This document shows, in pieces, positions 10,018 through 20,178 of a DNA stretch of 64,000 nt. Where the stretch lies: assembly GCA_964364265.1 (NCBI GenBank), contig CAYILA010000001.1, forward strand, positions 6,808 through 70,807, read 5' to 3'. A program made the translations under genes and the position numbers. Source of the stretch: an uncultured Candidatus Saccharibacteria bacterium. Lineage in GTDB: Bacteria; Patescibacteriota; UBA1384; XYA2-FULL-43-10; 1-14-0-10-43-13. Each line of letters begins with the position of its first letter. The first letter of the stretch is position 1. The notes below the pieces were generated by a model that had not been told where the DNA came from, made no database searches, and worked only from the letters and a program-made list of their open reading frames with translations.

Positions 10018-10422
10018 ATGCGAGAAGGTGAACTGCCACCAGAAAATAGTGATTGGGAAAAGAATATTTTTCAAGAACTTGGTCGGGATATCGAGCAGGG
10101 TAATATTTATCTCAAAGAAACCAATATAAGATTAAGTGAAGCCTTGAAAGATTTGCAAGCAGCAGAAAACCAACTTGCTGTGTATCTTGATGGGAACTCT
10201 TTCGCTGCGGATAATCAATTGAAACCGATGGCGACCAAGGAGGAGATTGAAGAATTGGACCAGAATATTTCCGGAATGAGGAATGAAGTCAAAATATATA
10301 GCAAATTACAAGATGACTTGATTTCAACGATAGATCGAATCCAGGAAGCGGACAGAAAGCTTCTTGATTCTTTGTTGCATGCACCAGCTCCGGAAGACAA
10401 TCCGGATGATAATATCAAATAG
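10018..10422 (+). CDS. Hypothetical acidic coiled-coil protein
   Basis: 134-aa ORF with AAGGAG RBS. Confidence 0.6.
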   Translation: MREGELPPENSDWEKNIFQELGRDIEQGNIYLKETNIRLSEALKDLQAAENQLAVYLDGNSFAADNQLKPMATKEEIEELDQNISGMRNEVKIYSKLQDDLISTIDRIQEADRKLLDSLLHAPAPEDNPDDNIK

Positions 10423-10486
10423 CAAGCTAATAATTAAACCAATGTACACTTCCAAGGTGTACATTGGGCAAATGAGAGAGGTTGGA

Positions 10487-11317
10487 ATGAAATTTGGGGC
10501 ACATATATCGAGTGCGGCGCCATTCAGTGAAACTATTAATAGGGCAGTCAAAGAAAAATGCGAATGCATGCAGATTTTTGTGAATCTGCCCCAACGTTGG
10601 AACCCGCTTGAGATTCCGGAAAAAGAGATTGAAAAATTTATTGAGAACAATAAGAAAGCAAAGATTGAACCGATTATTATCCACAGTATTTATCTGATCA
10701 ATTTGGCTTCCTCTAATCCATTTTTCTATCAGGCGTCCCAGAAATCATTGATCGATGATATGAAAAAGGCTAAAGCGATCGGAGCATTGGGTGTGAATAC
10801 CCATCTTGGTTCGACAAAAGAGCGGGACCTGAAGGATTGCATCGATCAAATTGTCCAAGCGATTGAAAATATCTTAACTGTGGTGCCGGAAGGTCCGGAT
10901 TTCATTATCGAAAACTCGGCCGGCGCCGGCAATATTATCGGTGACACGCTGGAAGAGATCGGCCAGATTGTCAAAGCGACCAATTCGGAGCGGGTAAAAG
11001 TCCTGATTGACACCGCCCATGCCTTCGCCTCCGGTTACGATATTCGGTCAAGGGTGGGGGTTGACGATTTTGTTAAAAAATTCGACAAAGAAATCGGACT
11101 GGAAAAATTGGTTGGACTTCACTTGAATGATTCGGCTTCGATTAAGAATTCCCATCGCGACCGCCACGCCGACATCGGCGAAGGCGGGTTGGGGATTGGA
11201 GCGTTCAAATTGATGATAAATCATCCGAAATTAAAAGATTTATTTGGAATTATCGAGACGCCGAGCATGAAGGGGAAAGGCGGAGTTGATAATTTGACGA
11301 TACTGCGTTCATTATAA
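10487..11317 (+). CDS. nfo: Endonuclease IV
   Basis: MKFGAHIS start, HSIYLINLAS, IENSAG, DTAHAFASGYD, HLNDS, DRHADIG. Confidence 0.95.
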   Translation: MKFGAHISSAAPFSETINRAVKEKCECMQIFVNLPQRWNPLEIPEKEIEKFIENNKKAKIEPIIIHSIYLINLASSNPFFYQASQKSLIDDMKKAKAIGALGVNTHLGSTKERDLKDCIDQIVQAIENILTVVPEGPDFIIENSAGAGNIIGDTLEEIGQIVKATNSERVKVLIDTAHAFASGYDIRSRVGVDDFVKKFDKEIGLEKLVGLHLNDSASIKNSHRDRHADIGEGGLGIGAFKLMINHPKLKDLFGIIETPSMKGKGGVDNLTILRSL

Positions 11318-11470
11318 ACCACTTTTAGTTGACCGAAGTTAAAATTCTTGGGATAATTTAGTTGATACGACTCAATGGAGAGAAACCATTGGGGAAGATA
11401 AAATGGTGGATGATCTCTCCAGCCGTTTTTTCGCTGTTTGGGCATCGGATTTATAAAGAAGAGGGAAATT

Positions 11471-12691
11471 ATGAAGAAGATTAAAATTTTGGTCTTTGCG
11501 GGGTTGATTTTTACAGCTTGTCTCGCATTTAATATCAGAGCTTACGCTCAATCCGCAAGTCGGCAGGTCACTATCTCGGTTGAAGTTGTGCCTCTTGAAG
11601 AAACCGTTCCGGCGCCGGGGGGGACCAGCGAAGAGAATGAGCCGACAATAGAAAAAATCATAAACGGTATTACCGATATTATTAATACAATTACCAATAA
11701 TCCCGAAGAAACCCCCAGCCTGCTCCGGACTGCTTTGACTTATATCGGTATTAAGAAAGAACAATCGAGTCCGACTTCATTAGCGATAACGACATTGGCG
11801 ACCGCGGCGATTTTGCCGGCCGCCTCCCTGATCAATGCTTCTACCCTGTTTTCTTTTTCGGAGTATCTGAAGATGATTTGGCTGCAACTGTTGTCGCTCT
11901 TCGGGGTGAAAAAGAAAAAAGGCAAGAGCTGGGGGAAGATTACCGAGTCGAACAGCGATATGCCGATTCCGCAAGCCAAAATCGATCTTTTCACTTTGGC
12001 TCCCGAGGGCGGTAAAAAGTTGTATGCCACTACCTATACCGACCGGACCGGATCGTATGGTTTTATCGCCGAACCGGGCAAGTATGTTATCGAAGTGACA
12101 AAGGGAGATTATAAACTCATGACTCCGGAATCAAACAGAACAATTGAGATTAAGACGGAAAAAGAGGGTTTTGTCAGTCCGCAAATTGTAATGGCGATGG
12201 GCGAAGACAAGCTAAAGAAGAAATTGAGGATAATAAATACCATCAACTATTTAGAGAAAGTCCTTCGAATGGTTTCAATCCTGTTTATCATTATCGGTAC
12301 GATTTTGGCGTTGGATGATTTATTTCAAGGAAAAGATTTCAAAGGATTTATTGTCGCCGGTACATACATTTTGATGTGGCTTCTCGTTTGGAATATTTCA
12401 ACAAGGAAATCGCCTTGGGGGAGCGTTTCGGAGCAGACCTCGGCTAAACCGATATCGCTCGCTTTGGTCAGAATTATGGATAAAAAAGACAGCAAAAAAC
12501 TTGTTCAAACGAGTATCTCAAACCAATCCGGAAAGTTTTCGGCGGTCGTGAAAAAAGGCGATTATAAAGTTGTGGTGGCTAAACCGGAGTATGAATTAAT
12601 CAGGCCGCATTTCTTCTCGACCAGAAAGAATGTCGGAGCTCTAAATCTTGATATTGTCTTAAAACACCATGCTTGGAGTAAAAGCTATTAA
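11471..12691 (+). CDS. Membrane protein with carboxypeptidase-regulatory-like beta-sandwich domains
   Basis: Signal peptide; TDRTGSYGF..PGKY and SNQSGKFS..KGDY repeats; internal TM pair. Confidence 0.65.
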   Translation: MKKIKILVFAGLIFTACLAFNIRAYAQSASRQVTISVEVVPLEETVPAPGGTSEENEPTIEKIINGITDIINTITNNPEETPSLLRTALTYIGIKKEQSSPTSLAITTLATAAILPAASLINASTLFSFSEYLKMIWLQLLSLFGVKKKKGKSWGKITESNSDMPIPQAKIDLFTLAPEGGKKLYATTYTDRTGSYGFIAEPGKYVIEVTKGDYKLMTPESNRTIEIKTEKEGFVSPQIVMAMGEDKLKKKLRIINTINYLEKVLRMVSILFIIIGTILALDDLFQGKDFKGFIVAGTYILMWLLVWNISTRKSPWGSVSEQTSAKPISLALVRIMDKKDSKKLVQTSISNQSGKFSAVVKKGDYKVVVAKPEYELIRPHFFSTRKNVGALNLDIVLKHHAWSKSY

Positions 12692-12751
12692 AGTCATTAC
12701 TTGTTCTGGAATAAATGGATAAAAGGTGCTAGAATCGGCCGATAGAATCTA

Positions 12752-14542
12752 ATGAATTGTTTTATGAATAAAAACATAAGAAATTTTTGCATTATTGCGC
12801 ATATTAACCACGGAAAATCGACCCTAGCCGATAGAATGTTGGAGTTGACCAGTACGATTGAAAAACGGGATATGAAAGAGCAGCTTTTAGACCAGATGGA
12901 TATTGAGCGGGAGCGGGGCATCACCATCAAATTGGCGCCGGTTCGAATGAAGTGGAAAGAATATTTTCTGAACCTGATTGACACTCCGGGCCATGTTGAT
13001 TTCGCCTATGAGGTTTCAAGGTCTTTAGCCGCGGTTGAGGGGGCGATTTTATTAGTTGATGCGACACAGGGAATCGAAGCCCAGACATTATCGACACTGT
13101 ATGCCGCCATGGAGCATGATCTAAAAATAATTCCGGTTGTGAATAAAATCGATCTCCCGGCGGCCAGAACCGAGGATGTGGCGGCCGAAATCGTTTCGGT
13201 TTTAGGGTGTTCTCCGGAAGAAATTCTTTACGCCTCCGGCAAGACCGGAGAGGGTGTCGAAAAAATATTAAATCGGATTGTTGAGATTGTCACTCCCCCA
13301 GTAGGAGAAGAGGAAGATAAGTTAAAAGCACTAATTTTTGATTCGGTTTACGATCCATACAGGGGAGTGGTTTCCTTTGTCCGGATTTTTTCCGGCGCAA
13401 TTTCGAATCATGATAAATTTTCGCTGATGCAGACGGGGAGCGAGGGAGAAGTTTTGGAATCAGGATATTTTTCACCGAAATTTGTGCCCCACTCTCCCCT
13501 CTTGGCCGGAGAGATCGGCTATATCGTAACCGGATTTAAAAATGTGGCCGAGGCGCATGTCGGCGACACAATCACTTTAACCGAAAAAGCGGCTGATTCT
13601 CCCCTACCCGGTTACAAAAAAGTTTTGCCTTTGGTTTTTGCTTCAATTTTTTGTGCCGACGGAGCTGACTACCCCGAACTAAAAGAAGCGATTGAAAAAT
13701 TAAAATTAAATGACGCTTCCCTGTCCTACGATCCGGAGCACTCCGACGCTTTGGGTTTTGGATTCCGCTGCGGATTCCTTGGCCTTTTGCATATGGATAT
13801 TGTCAGGGAGCGGTTGGAGCGCGAGTATAATTTGTCGCTTGTCGTTTCGAGCCCGACTGTAAAGTATTTAATTATCAAAAATGATGGTACGAGGCAGGAA
13901 ATCAGTCGCCCCTCCGATTTTCCGGTTTCCGGAAGTTTCAAAGAGATTGAGGAACCCTTTGTTTCGTTGGAAATATTCTCGCCCAAGGATTATGTCGGAG
14001 ATCTAATGACTTTGGTCCAAGCCAAACGCTCAACATTTATCAATATGGAATATCTAGACGAGGAGAGAGTAATTTTGAAATATGAGATTCCTTTGGCGGA
14101 AGTAATTATTGATCTATATGATTCAATCAAGAGCGTTTCGAAGGGCTATGCCTCGATGAATTATGAGGTCCTAAATTACCGTCTGGCGGATTTAGAAAAA
14201 GTTGATATCTACATTTCGGAGGAGAAAGTTGATGCCCTCTCGTTCATCACTCACAAATCAAAAGCATATTCGGAGGGAAAAAGAATCGCCGAGAGACTAA
14301 AAGAGCTAATACCTAGACAAAATTTTGAGGTTAAAATTCAAGCTATGATTGGAGCTCAGATTATTGCATCCGAGCGAATCTCACCATTTCGAAAAGACGT
14401 CACAGCCAAACTCTACGGTGGTGATGTGACCAGGAAAAATAAGCTCTTGGAGAAGCAGAAGAAGGGTAAAAAGAAGATGAAATCAATCGGAAAAGTGGAA
14501 ATGCCCTCCGATGTCTTTGTAAAAGTGCTTAGAAATGAATAA
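12752..14542 (+). CDS. lepA: Elongation factor 4 (LepA)
   Basis: IRNFCIIAH, ERERGITIK, DTPGH, NKID, GFRCGFLGLLH, RKDVTAKLYGGD. Confidence 0.98.
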   Translation: MNCFMNKNIRNFCIIAHINHGKSTLADRMLELTSTIEKRDMKEQLLDQMDIERERGITIKLAPVRMKWKEYFLNLIDTPGHVDFAYEVSRSLAAVEGAILLVDATQGIEAQTLSTLYAAMEHDLKIIPVVNKIDLPAARTEDVAAEIVSVLGCSPEEILYASGKTGEGVEKILNRIVEIVTPPVGEEEDKLKALIFDSVYDPYRGVVSFVRIFSGAISNHDKFSLMQTGSEGEVLESGYFSPKFVPHSPLLAGEIGYIVTGFKNVAEAHVGDTITLTEKAADSPLPGYKKVLPLVFASIFCADGADYPELKEAIEKLKLNDASLSYDPEHSDALGFGFRCGFLGLLHMDIVRERLEREYNLSLVVSSPTVKYLIIKNDGTRQEISRPSDFPVSGSFKEIEEPFVSLEIFSPKDYVGDLMTLVQAKRSTFINMEYLDEERVILKYEIPLAEVIIDLYDSIKSVSKGYASMNYEVLNYRLADLEKVDIYISEEKVDALSFITHKSKAYSEGKRIAERLKELIPRQNFEVKIQAMIGAQIIASERISPFRKDVTAKLYGGDVTRKNKLLEKQKKGKKKMKSIGKVEMPSDVFVKVLRNE

Positions 14543-14666
14543 AACAATAACCTTAAATCCAGCCTACGAGGTTGGATTTTGGGATGTTAGTTTTACTAAA
14601 CGCCGAAAATGGTTTAAATTAAATAGAGAATTTTGAAAATAGATCATAAAAATCAAAGGTAATTTT

Positions 14667-15584
14667 ATGTATAAATACCACAAACCAACCCCGATTGTTG
14701 TTAAGCTGAACGATGATTTTGGCTTTTCAGTCAGAGAGAGGGCTGCGATCCATTTAAAAAACAATATAAACAAAAAAGGAGCAGAGCGGGGAAAGGTCAA
14801 TCAACAGGGATTTGGGTTATTGGCAGAGATGGTCATTAGAAGTTTAATAAATATGCCAGAAATTAATAATGAGAACCATCCGTTAGCATATGATATCTTA
14901 CTGCCAACCGGTGTTAAACTTGACATAAAATGTCGAGGCGGGTCGTTGCCATTTAGGGAGGAGTATGAAAGCGATGACGGTATTAACCGAGAAGCCAAAC
15001 ACAACTTTTTTGCTCGACAAATTTATGATGATAGCCTGGACACAGATATTTATCTTATGTCTCATCTTGAAACCCCTAAAAAGGATGAATTGCCCGGCAC
15101 AAAACGACAAAAAAAGTGGATTTTATATATTTGTGGATGGGTGTCAAAAAAAAGGGTAATTCGCGAAGGGGTGTACTTGCCGAGGAAGTCCATTACGGAG
15201 AGAGGTAACGAGTGGTTTTGTTATCGTGGACAGGAAATAGAATACTATCATCGGAATCTTAATGGTTTACAGAATCTGAAAGACATATTGAAAATAGATA
15301 AAAATGATGTGCTTGATGATGGAAACAAGGTTGGAGACCTTAATATGACTTCTGTCGATGCAATTAGGGCTTGTTATGATTTGATGGGGCGTGGTGTTCT
15401 TGAGAAAGAGGCTCTTGATTATGTAAAATCTCGGGTGAAGATTGAGAAAAATGTTAAACCGATCTTGAGCATTAACCAGTATTATCATCTTCTTGGATGG
15501 CTTAAAGAAAATGGGAAAGCAACAGAAGTAGAAGTTAAGAAACTGCAAAAACTGTTCCCTGAGATCGATTATACGGGAATTTAA
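14667..15584 (+). CDS. Putative type II restriction endonuclease (PD-(D/E)XK-like)
   Basis: AE...YDILLPTGVKLDIK catalytic-like pattern; convergent with a DNA methyltransferase gene. Confidence 0.55.
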   Translation: MYKYHKPTPIVVKLNDDFGFSVRERAAIHLKNNINKKGAERGKVNQQGFGLLAEMVIRSLINMPEINNENHPLAYDILLPTGVKLDIKCRGGSLPFREEYESDDGINREAKHNFFARQIYDDSLDTDIYLMSHLETPKKDELPGTKRQKKWILYICGWVSKKRVIREGVYLPRKSITERGNEWFCYRGQEIEYYHRNLNGLQNLKDILKIDKNDVLDDGNKVGDLNMTSVDAIRACYDLMGRGVLEKEALDYVKSRVKIEKNVKPILSINQYYHLLGWLKENGKATEVEVKKLQKLFPEIDYTGI

Positions 15585-15589
15585 AATAT

Positions 15590-16627
15590 CTAAAAAAGAA
15601 CCTGTTCTTCACTGCTCATTTTATTTAACACTTGTTCTATTCTTTGATTACAAACATCCAAATAGTCGACTTTTGTGTTTTTGTGTAAGTAAGTTTCCTT
15701 ATTCTTTTCAATACCTATAAACTTTCTATTTTCTAGAATCGCAGAGACCAAAAAACTACCACTTCCACATGCGTTATCTAAAACTATGTCGCCGGGTCGT
15801 GTATGTGTTTTTATTAAATACCTACCAAGCTCAACGGGTTTTTGTGTTGGGTGGTATATCTTTCCTTCACTTTCAGCTGTCTTAAAGTAAATAACATCGT
15901 TAGGATATCGGTCGCCATTGCTTTTAACTTCAACTGGGTTAAATGTACCGTAGCTTCCGGTTAATTGGTTTTTCCTAAAACCTTTATTGAAAGGTAACCC
16001 GGGGGACATTTGAGGATTGTATAAAGGCTGTTTCTTATAAAATATACAGATGTCTTCGTGCTTCCTCAATGGTTGCTTTTTGGCATTTAAAAAATTTGTA
16101 GATTTTGATTTAACCCAAACAAGTTTGTACTTAAATAAGTCTGGTTCAGATAAAATTAGAGCTGCTGTAAAAACGCCATGAGCGGTTAGAGCTATTACTC
16201 CTCTATCCTTAATTATCCTTTCGTATTGATTCCAGAGCTTGTTTAGGGGGATTACGCTGTCCCAACTGTTTTGGGTGGTTCCGTATGGCAAATCGCATAA
16301 TATCATATCAATCGATTTGTCAGGTAGACGTGGCATTACATCCAAACAGTCACCCTCAAGGACTTTATTAGTAAATTGAGTAATATCGGTATGGGTTCGT
16401 GTGACAACAGGAACTGTGCTCATTACTTCTGATTGGGAATTATTTAGTAAGTTAAGGATTGATTCTCCTTTAAATCTGCGCAAACCGTTTATTTTGATAG
16501 ATGCTATCTTATTCTCGGACACATATCTTTTTATGGTGATTTGCGAGACTTTTAGAAAATCTGCAATTTCTTCTGTCGTATAGATCTGATTATGAATGAT
16601 GTTCATTTCCTCTCCTAATTGTATCAA
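15590..16627 (-). CDS. Beta-class N4/N6 DNA methyltransferase with an N-terminal excisionase-like HTH
   Basis: YTTEEIADFLKVS..TIKRY HTH; GDCL, CDLPYG, HPTQKP, LDNACGSGS; likely start ATG at 16606 after GGAGAGG. Confidence 0.92.
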   Translation of the reverse strand: MIQLGEEMNIIHNQIYTTEEIADFLKVSQITIKRYVSENKIASIKINGLRRFKGESILNLLNNSQSEVMSTVPVVTRTHTDITQFTNKVLEGDCLDVMPRLPDKSIDMILCDLPYGTTQNSWDSVIPLNKLWNQYERIIKDRGVIALTAHGVFTAALILSEPDLFKYKLVWVKSKSTNFLNAKKQPLRKHEDICIFYKKQPLYNPQMSPGLPFNKGFRKNQLTGSYGTFNPVEVKSNGDRYPNDVIYFKTAESEGKIYHPTQKPVELGRYLIKTHTRPGDIVLDNACGSGSFLVSAILENRKFIGIEKNKETYLHKNTKVDYLDVCNQRIEQVLNKMSSEEQVLF

Positions 16628-16646
16628 TTGGTATCATAATATATCA
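16621..16646 (-). promoter_or_regulatory. Three TGATAY direct repeats with 10-bp period overlapping the MTase promoter
   Basis: Plus-strand GTATCA at 16621, GTATCA at 16631 and ATATCA at 16641; on the minus strand they overlap a TATTAT -10 box. Confidence 0.55.
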
Positions 16647-16902
16647 TTCAGTTTTATGTGTCATGTTGATAACTTCGTACAAAAAACGAACACCTAGTTA
16701 TTAACTCCCATAACTGAAAAGCACTAAATTATATAAGAAAATTAAATTTTAGTAAAAACAGTACGAGTTGCGAATTGTTTTTTAACAGTATAAGGAAGTA
16801 AAATAAATATGAATAACATGAATATAATAAGACATAATGAACTATTGACATAACTAAATTGGTGTGATAATTGTGGTATATAAGTTTAAAAAACGGAGAA
16901 AA

Positions 16903-17292
16903 ATGTCGAACTACAATTTTGTAAAATTCGAGTCTAGAAATGTTAAGACGGAGGATCGTATTACTGTCACAAAGTCGCAGTCAATCGGTCTACCGACAAA
17001 ATTTTATACTGACAACAATATTGTAGGATATAAATATGCAGTGTTGTATTATGACAAAGAAACAAACGCAATAGGCATTAATTTCACAAACGATGAAAAT
17101 GAGAAGAATGGTTTTTCGATTGTCAAATCTGAAAAATATGGTGGCAATATTGTATCAAGAAGCTTTTTTAAGGCTCACAATATTGATACAGAGAAATACC
17201 ACAACAGATATAATTGGAGAATATACGAGCAGGAAAATGCGGGAAAGCTTTATGTGATTGAACTTGACAATCCAAAATTAATAAACAATTAA
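16903..17292 (+). CDS. Hypothetical protein (island)
   Basis: GGAG RBS and ATG at 16903; low-GC ORF. Confidence 0.6.
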   Translation: MSNYNFVKFESRNVKTEDRITVTKSQSIGLPTKFYTDNNIVGYKYAVLYYDKETNAIGINFTNDENEKNGFSIVKSEKYGGNIVSRSFFKAHNIDTEKYHNRYNWRIYEQENAGKLYVIELDNPKLINN

Positions 17293-17475
17293 TTACAATC
17301 AGGAGGTGGATATGTATCCAACATAAAAAGCAGAGCGTAAACTCCGAGGCTTCCAACCCGGGTGGTTTCTTCTCTGCTTTTGTAATTACATCTTATGATA
17401 GCGAAGATGTAGTGTCAATTGCAGAGTGCTTCAATTTCAACGATTTACTTGTGCTATCTTTAATAAAGGAAAAAT

Positions 17476-17784
17476 ATGTTCAGATCAACAACAAAAACCA
17501 AGCATGACCAAGCAGTATTAATCGAGGCAAATAAATATTATTCAGCGGGTTATACAGTTACGGCCGATCATAATGTTTTCTATCCTCAACCTTCCAAAAT
17601 CGGTGACTTTATTCCCGATGTTTACGCAAAACGTGTTGTCTTGGGCACTTTAGTTGAAATCGTACTTGAAGTGGAGACGTTTGATTCAGTTTTATCTGAT
17701 GAGGCCAACAAACAGGCGATTGCATTCAGATTTTGGGTAAATCAATATCCCGAGAGAAGGAACTTTAAACAAGTTGTTGTTTAG
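17476..17784 (+). CDS. Small hypothetical protein, possibly PD-(D/E)XK-like fold
   Basis: IPDVYAKR...VLEVET pattern; AAGGA RBS. Confidence 0.5.
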   Translation: MFRSTTKTKHDQAVLIEANKYYSAGYTVTADHNVFYPQPSKIGDFIPDVYAKRVVLGTLVEIVLEVETFDSVLSDEANKQAIAFRFWVNQYPERRNFKQVVV

Positions 17785-17798
17785 TGTGATCCTAGAAC

Positions 17799-17833
17799 AA
17801 AAAAGTCCGGCTGGAAATAAGCTGGACTTTTTT
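17799..17833. terminator. Bidirectional intrinsic terminator
   Basis: AAAAAAGTCCGGC...GCTGGACTTTTTT between a convergent ORF and tRNA. Confidence 0.7.
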
Positions 17834-17834
17834 C

Positions 17835-17909
17835 TGGTGGATCGCCTGGGACTCGAACCCAGAACCAATGGCTTAAAAGGCCACTGCTCTACCATTGAGC
17901 TAGCGATCC
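17835..17909 (-). tRNA. tRNA-Lys (TTT)
   Basis: GGATCGC...CTTTTAA...GCGATCC-A-CCA cloverleaf. Confidence 0.95.
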
Positions 17910-17946
17910 ATTATTTAATTATTAGTCTCGCTAGCGGTATTAAGTA

Positions 17947-18041
17947 ACCATTGTCAGCCCGAGGCTGATCGGCCTAGGGCCGAAGCTAGCGATCCATATT
18001 TATATTTTAATGTTGTTAGCCCCCTAGGGGCTAGCGATCCA
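17947..18041 (-). pseudogene. Two hairpin-interrupted partial copies of the tRNA-Lys 5' end
   Basis: CTAGCGATCCA recurs at 17986-17996 and 18031-18041; the 17947-17996 copy equals tRNA nt 1-19 with a 30-nt double hairpin inserted. Confidence 0.75.
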
Positions 18042-18055
18042 AAAAGACAAAGCCA

Positions 18056-18084
18056 ATTGTACTATTTTTTACCTCCAAAGTCAA
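18056..18084 (-). promoter_or_regulatory. Sigma70 promoter for the tRNA-Lys locus
   Basis: TTGACT-17 nt-TACAAT on the minus strand. Confidence 0.7.
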
Positions 18085-18091
18085 TCATCGA

Positions 18092-18667
18092 TTAGCGGCT
18101 TTTTTTGAGGTTAAGTACAACGAGAGAGATCGGAGGGATAATAATTAGAAGTGTTTTGTATTGGAATATAATCCGAACTACCTTTGAAACTTCCAGAATG
18201 TGCGTCCTCGTGGCTTCGGGCAGAAAGCCGACGATGGAAGCGATAATCAGAGCCATTGCCAATCCTGAATATATTATGACCTCGAAGGGAGAGATGTCAC
18301 CCTCGCGTCTGTTCGATGAGTTAATGGCGGCGGTAATGGCCAGAATTGAACCAACGAACAGTACGATTGTAATGGTTGAAACCGAGACATTCGAGCGAAT
18401 CCAGAGCTGGTTGGCGATAGTGGCATTGCCGTTGAAAAAATCGAAAACAGTTTTCGATAAACTTTCCGAGATAACGAGACCCATATATACCGAACAAAGA
18501 GTGGTGATTGTCTTATCCCGCCTAAGAATAAAACCATAGGCAATACCAACAAAAAAGGCAAGCCCAATAAAAACATCCCAAGTGGGAAGCGGCATCGTAA
18601 CCCTCCAACTAGAAAAGACATCTCCATTATCGTAGATTTGGGGTAGTTTGTAAAGTTTATAACACAA
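18092..18667 (-). CDS. Membrane protein (CvpA-like topology)
   Basis: About 5 TM helices; likely start MPLPTWD (ATG at 18595). Confidence 0.6.
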   Translation of the reverse strand: MCYKLYKLPQIYDNGDVFSSWRVTMPLPTWDVFIGLAFFVGIAYGFILRRDKTITTLCSVYMGLVISESLSKTVFDFFNGNATIANQLWIRSNVSVSTITIVLFVGSILAITAAINSSNRREGDISPFEVIIYSGLAMALIIASIVGFLPEATRTHILEVSKVVRIIFQYKTLLIIIPPISLVVLNLKKSR

Positions 18668-18687
18668 CGAGTTCGCAAATTTCTGAA

Positions 18688-18760
18688 TGTCATCCCGAGT
18701 GGTGAAGTTCTGGAATCGAGGGATCCCTCCACTTTCATAATCGCATCGGTCGGGATGACA
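18688..18760. repeat. Gene-free copy of the TGTCATCCCG...CGGGATGACA repeat pair (MITE/REP-like)
   Basis: Ends and the internal GATCCCTCC match the repeats flanking the GIY-YIG gene at 9429-9768. Confidence 0.75.
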
Positions 18761-18806
18761 GATGTGTGGTTATTCAGAAATCTCTTGGCTTACTATATTA
18801 ACCTTG

Positions 18807-19427
18807 TTAGAACCAGCCCCGTTTTTTCTTGTTCTCGCTCTCTTTAATTTTCTGCCAGAGTTCTTTTTGCTCTTTGGAGATGTGATTTGGCATCTCGACT
18901 TTAATAGTAATAATCAGATCGCCCCGTTTTTGACCCTTGTAACTTTTGCCTTTGCCGGAGAACCGAAAGGAGGTTCCGGATTGGACGCCGGTCGGGATAT
19001 CAAATTGAATTTCCTGGCCGTCGAGAGATAACTTAATTTTATCTCCAAGAACGGCTTGGGCGGGGGAGATCCGGACTTCGGCTTGGACTTGGGAAAATGC
19101 CTGTCCGAAAAAATCTTCGAATATATCACCGAATCCGCCGAAACCGAAATTGCCAAAATCGAAGCCCTCGAACCCGCCGTATCCACCTGCGTTACCGGCG
19201 CCATTAGAAAAAGAAGCGCTTCCAAAACGGTCGTATTGAGCTCTTTTTTGCGGATCAGAGAGAATTTCGTAGGCGCGATTAATCTCTTTGAATTTTCTCT
19301 CTTCTTCTTTCCCTCCGCCGCGATCCGGGTGATATTCTAAGGCAAGCTTGCGATATGCTTTTTTAATTTCGTTTTGATCCGCATTTTTAGAGACGCCAAG
19401 AATTTCATATAAATCGTTGTCAGTCAT
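18807..19427 (-). CDS. dnaJ: Short DnaJ/CbpA-type co-chaperone without zinc finger
   Basis: J-domain with HPD, G/F region, one C-terminal domain; downstream of dnaK. Confidence 0.85.
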   Translation of the reverse strand: MTDNDLYEILGVSKNADQNEIKKAYRKLALEYHPDRGGGKEEERKFKEINRAYEILSDPQKRAQYDRFGSASFSNGAGNAGGYGGFEGFDFGNFGFGGFGDIFEDFFGQAFSQVQAEVRISPAQAVLGDKIKLSLDGQEIQFDIPTGVQSGTSFRFSGKGKSYKGQKRGDLIITIKVEMPNHISKEQKELWQKIKESENKKKRGWF

Positions 19428-19428
19428 T

Positions 19429-20118
19429 TTAATTACTTTTAGTAACGCTGGTTTCCTCGATTATTTGTCCGGAATTTGCATCGATATCTTTTGAAAAGGC
19501 GGCTGTGTCGTTTTTATATTCTACTGTCCAGGTGAGCCAATTTTTTGGCGCTTTGTGTCTTAGCAATAAAGTTACGGAAGAGGGGGAGTTTGCTTCCCGC
19601 CAATCCTTGCCGCCGTTTTTTTCGGCGATCTGGAGGGCGGTCACATAGTTGAATTTCCAAAGGGTGATATTGATCGGGATTAAGGTGCCAAGATAGTCGT
19701 CTTTTGGAATCAATGCTCTGATGTAGTTGGACGAGATTTCCGAAATAGTGATGGTCCAGTTATTGGCCTTATCGGAATCTGTGGCATAGACGAAACGGTC
19801 ATTTCCGGAGTTTGGCAGGAGTGAGCCGGGCAGAGTGACCTCCATGGCCACCAATTGATATTTTGAATTGACCAAGCCGGCTTTGCCGGCGGCCAAAGTC
19901 AACTCGTCTTTTATCTTCGAATCATAGTCGGTGGCGTCAATATTGGTTAGATTGACAATCTGCGTTGCCTCGGTTTGTTGGGCGGCATCTTGAGCTTGTT
20001 TGGCCTTGTCCTGCTGTCGTTTATCGACATAAGACCAAATAATCGAAGCCAAAATGGCAACTAAGAAAATCCCAATTACAATTGGACGTTTAAGAAATTC
20101 GTTCATTATTCCCTCCAA
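19429..20118 (-). CDS. Hypothetical membrane-anchored protein
   Basis: N-terminal TM helix; PepSY-like IDANSGQII tail. Confidence 0.6.
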   Translation of the reverse strand: MEGIMNEFLKRPIVIGIFLVAILASIIWSYVDKRQQDKAKQAQDAAQQTEATQIVNLTNIDATDYDSKIKDELTLAAGKAGLVNSKYQLVAMEVTLPGSLLPNSGNDRFVYATDSDKANNWTITISEISSNYIRALIPKDDYLGTLIPINITLWKFNYVTALQIAEKNGGKDWREANSPSSVTLLLRHKAPKNWLTWTVEYKNDTAAFSKDIDANSGQIIEETSVTKSN

Positions 20119-20178
20119 GAATCTTTAAGATTCTTACCGATATTTTATCTTAAACTGTCCATATTGTCCAACTGCCCG

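Noticed and set aside
14543-14660. att-site duplication of the tRNA-Lys 3' end at the left edge of the R-M island
   Set aside because: No recognisable copy, only a terminator-like hairpin, and no integrase is present.
17301-17380. AGGAGGT followed by a 4-codon ORF (MYPT) and a hairpin, as a leader peptide or type I toxin
   Set aside because: Too short to support. The hairpin is more simply a terminator.
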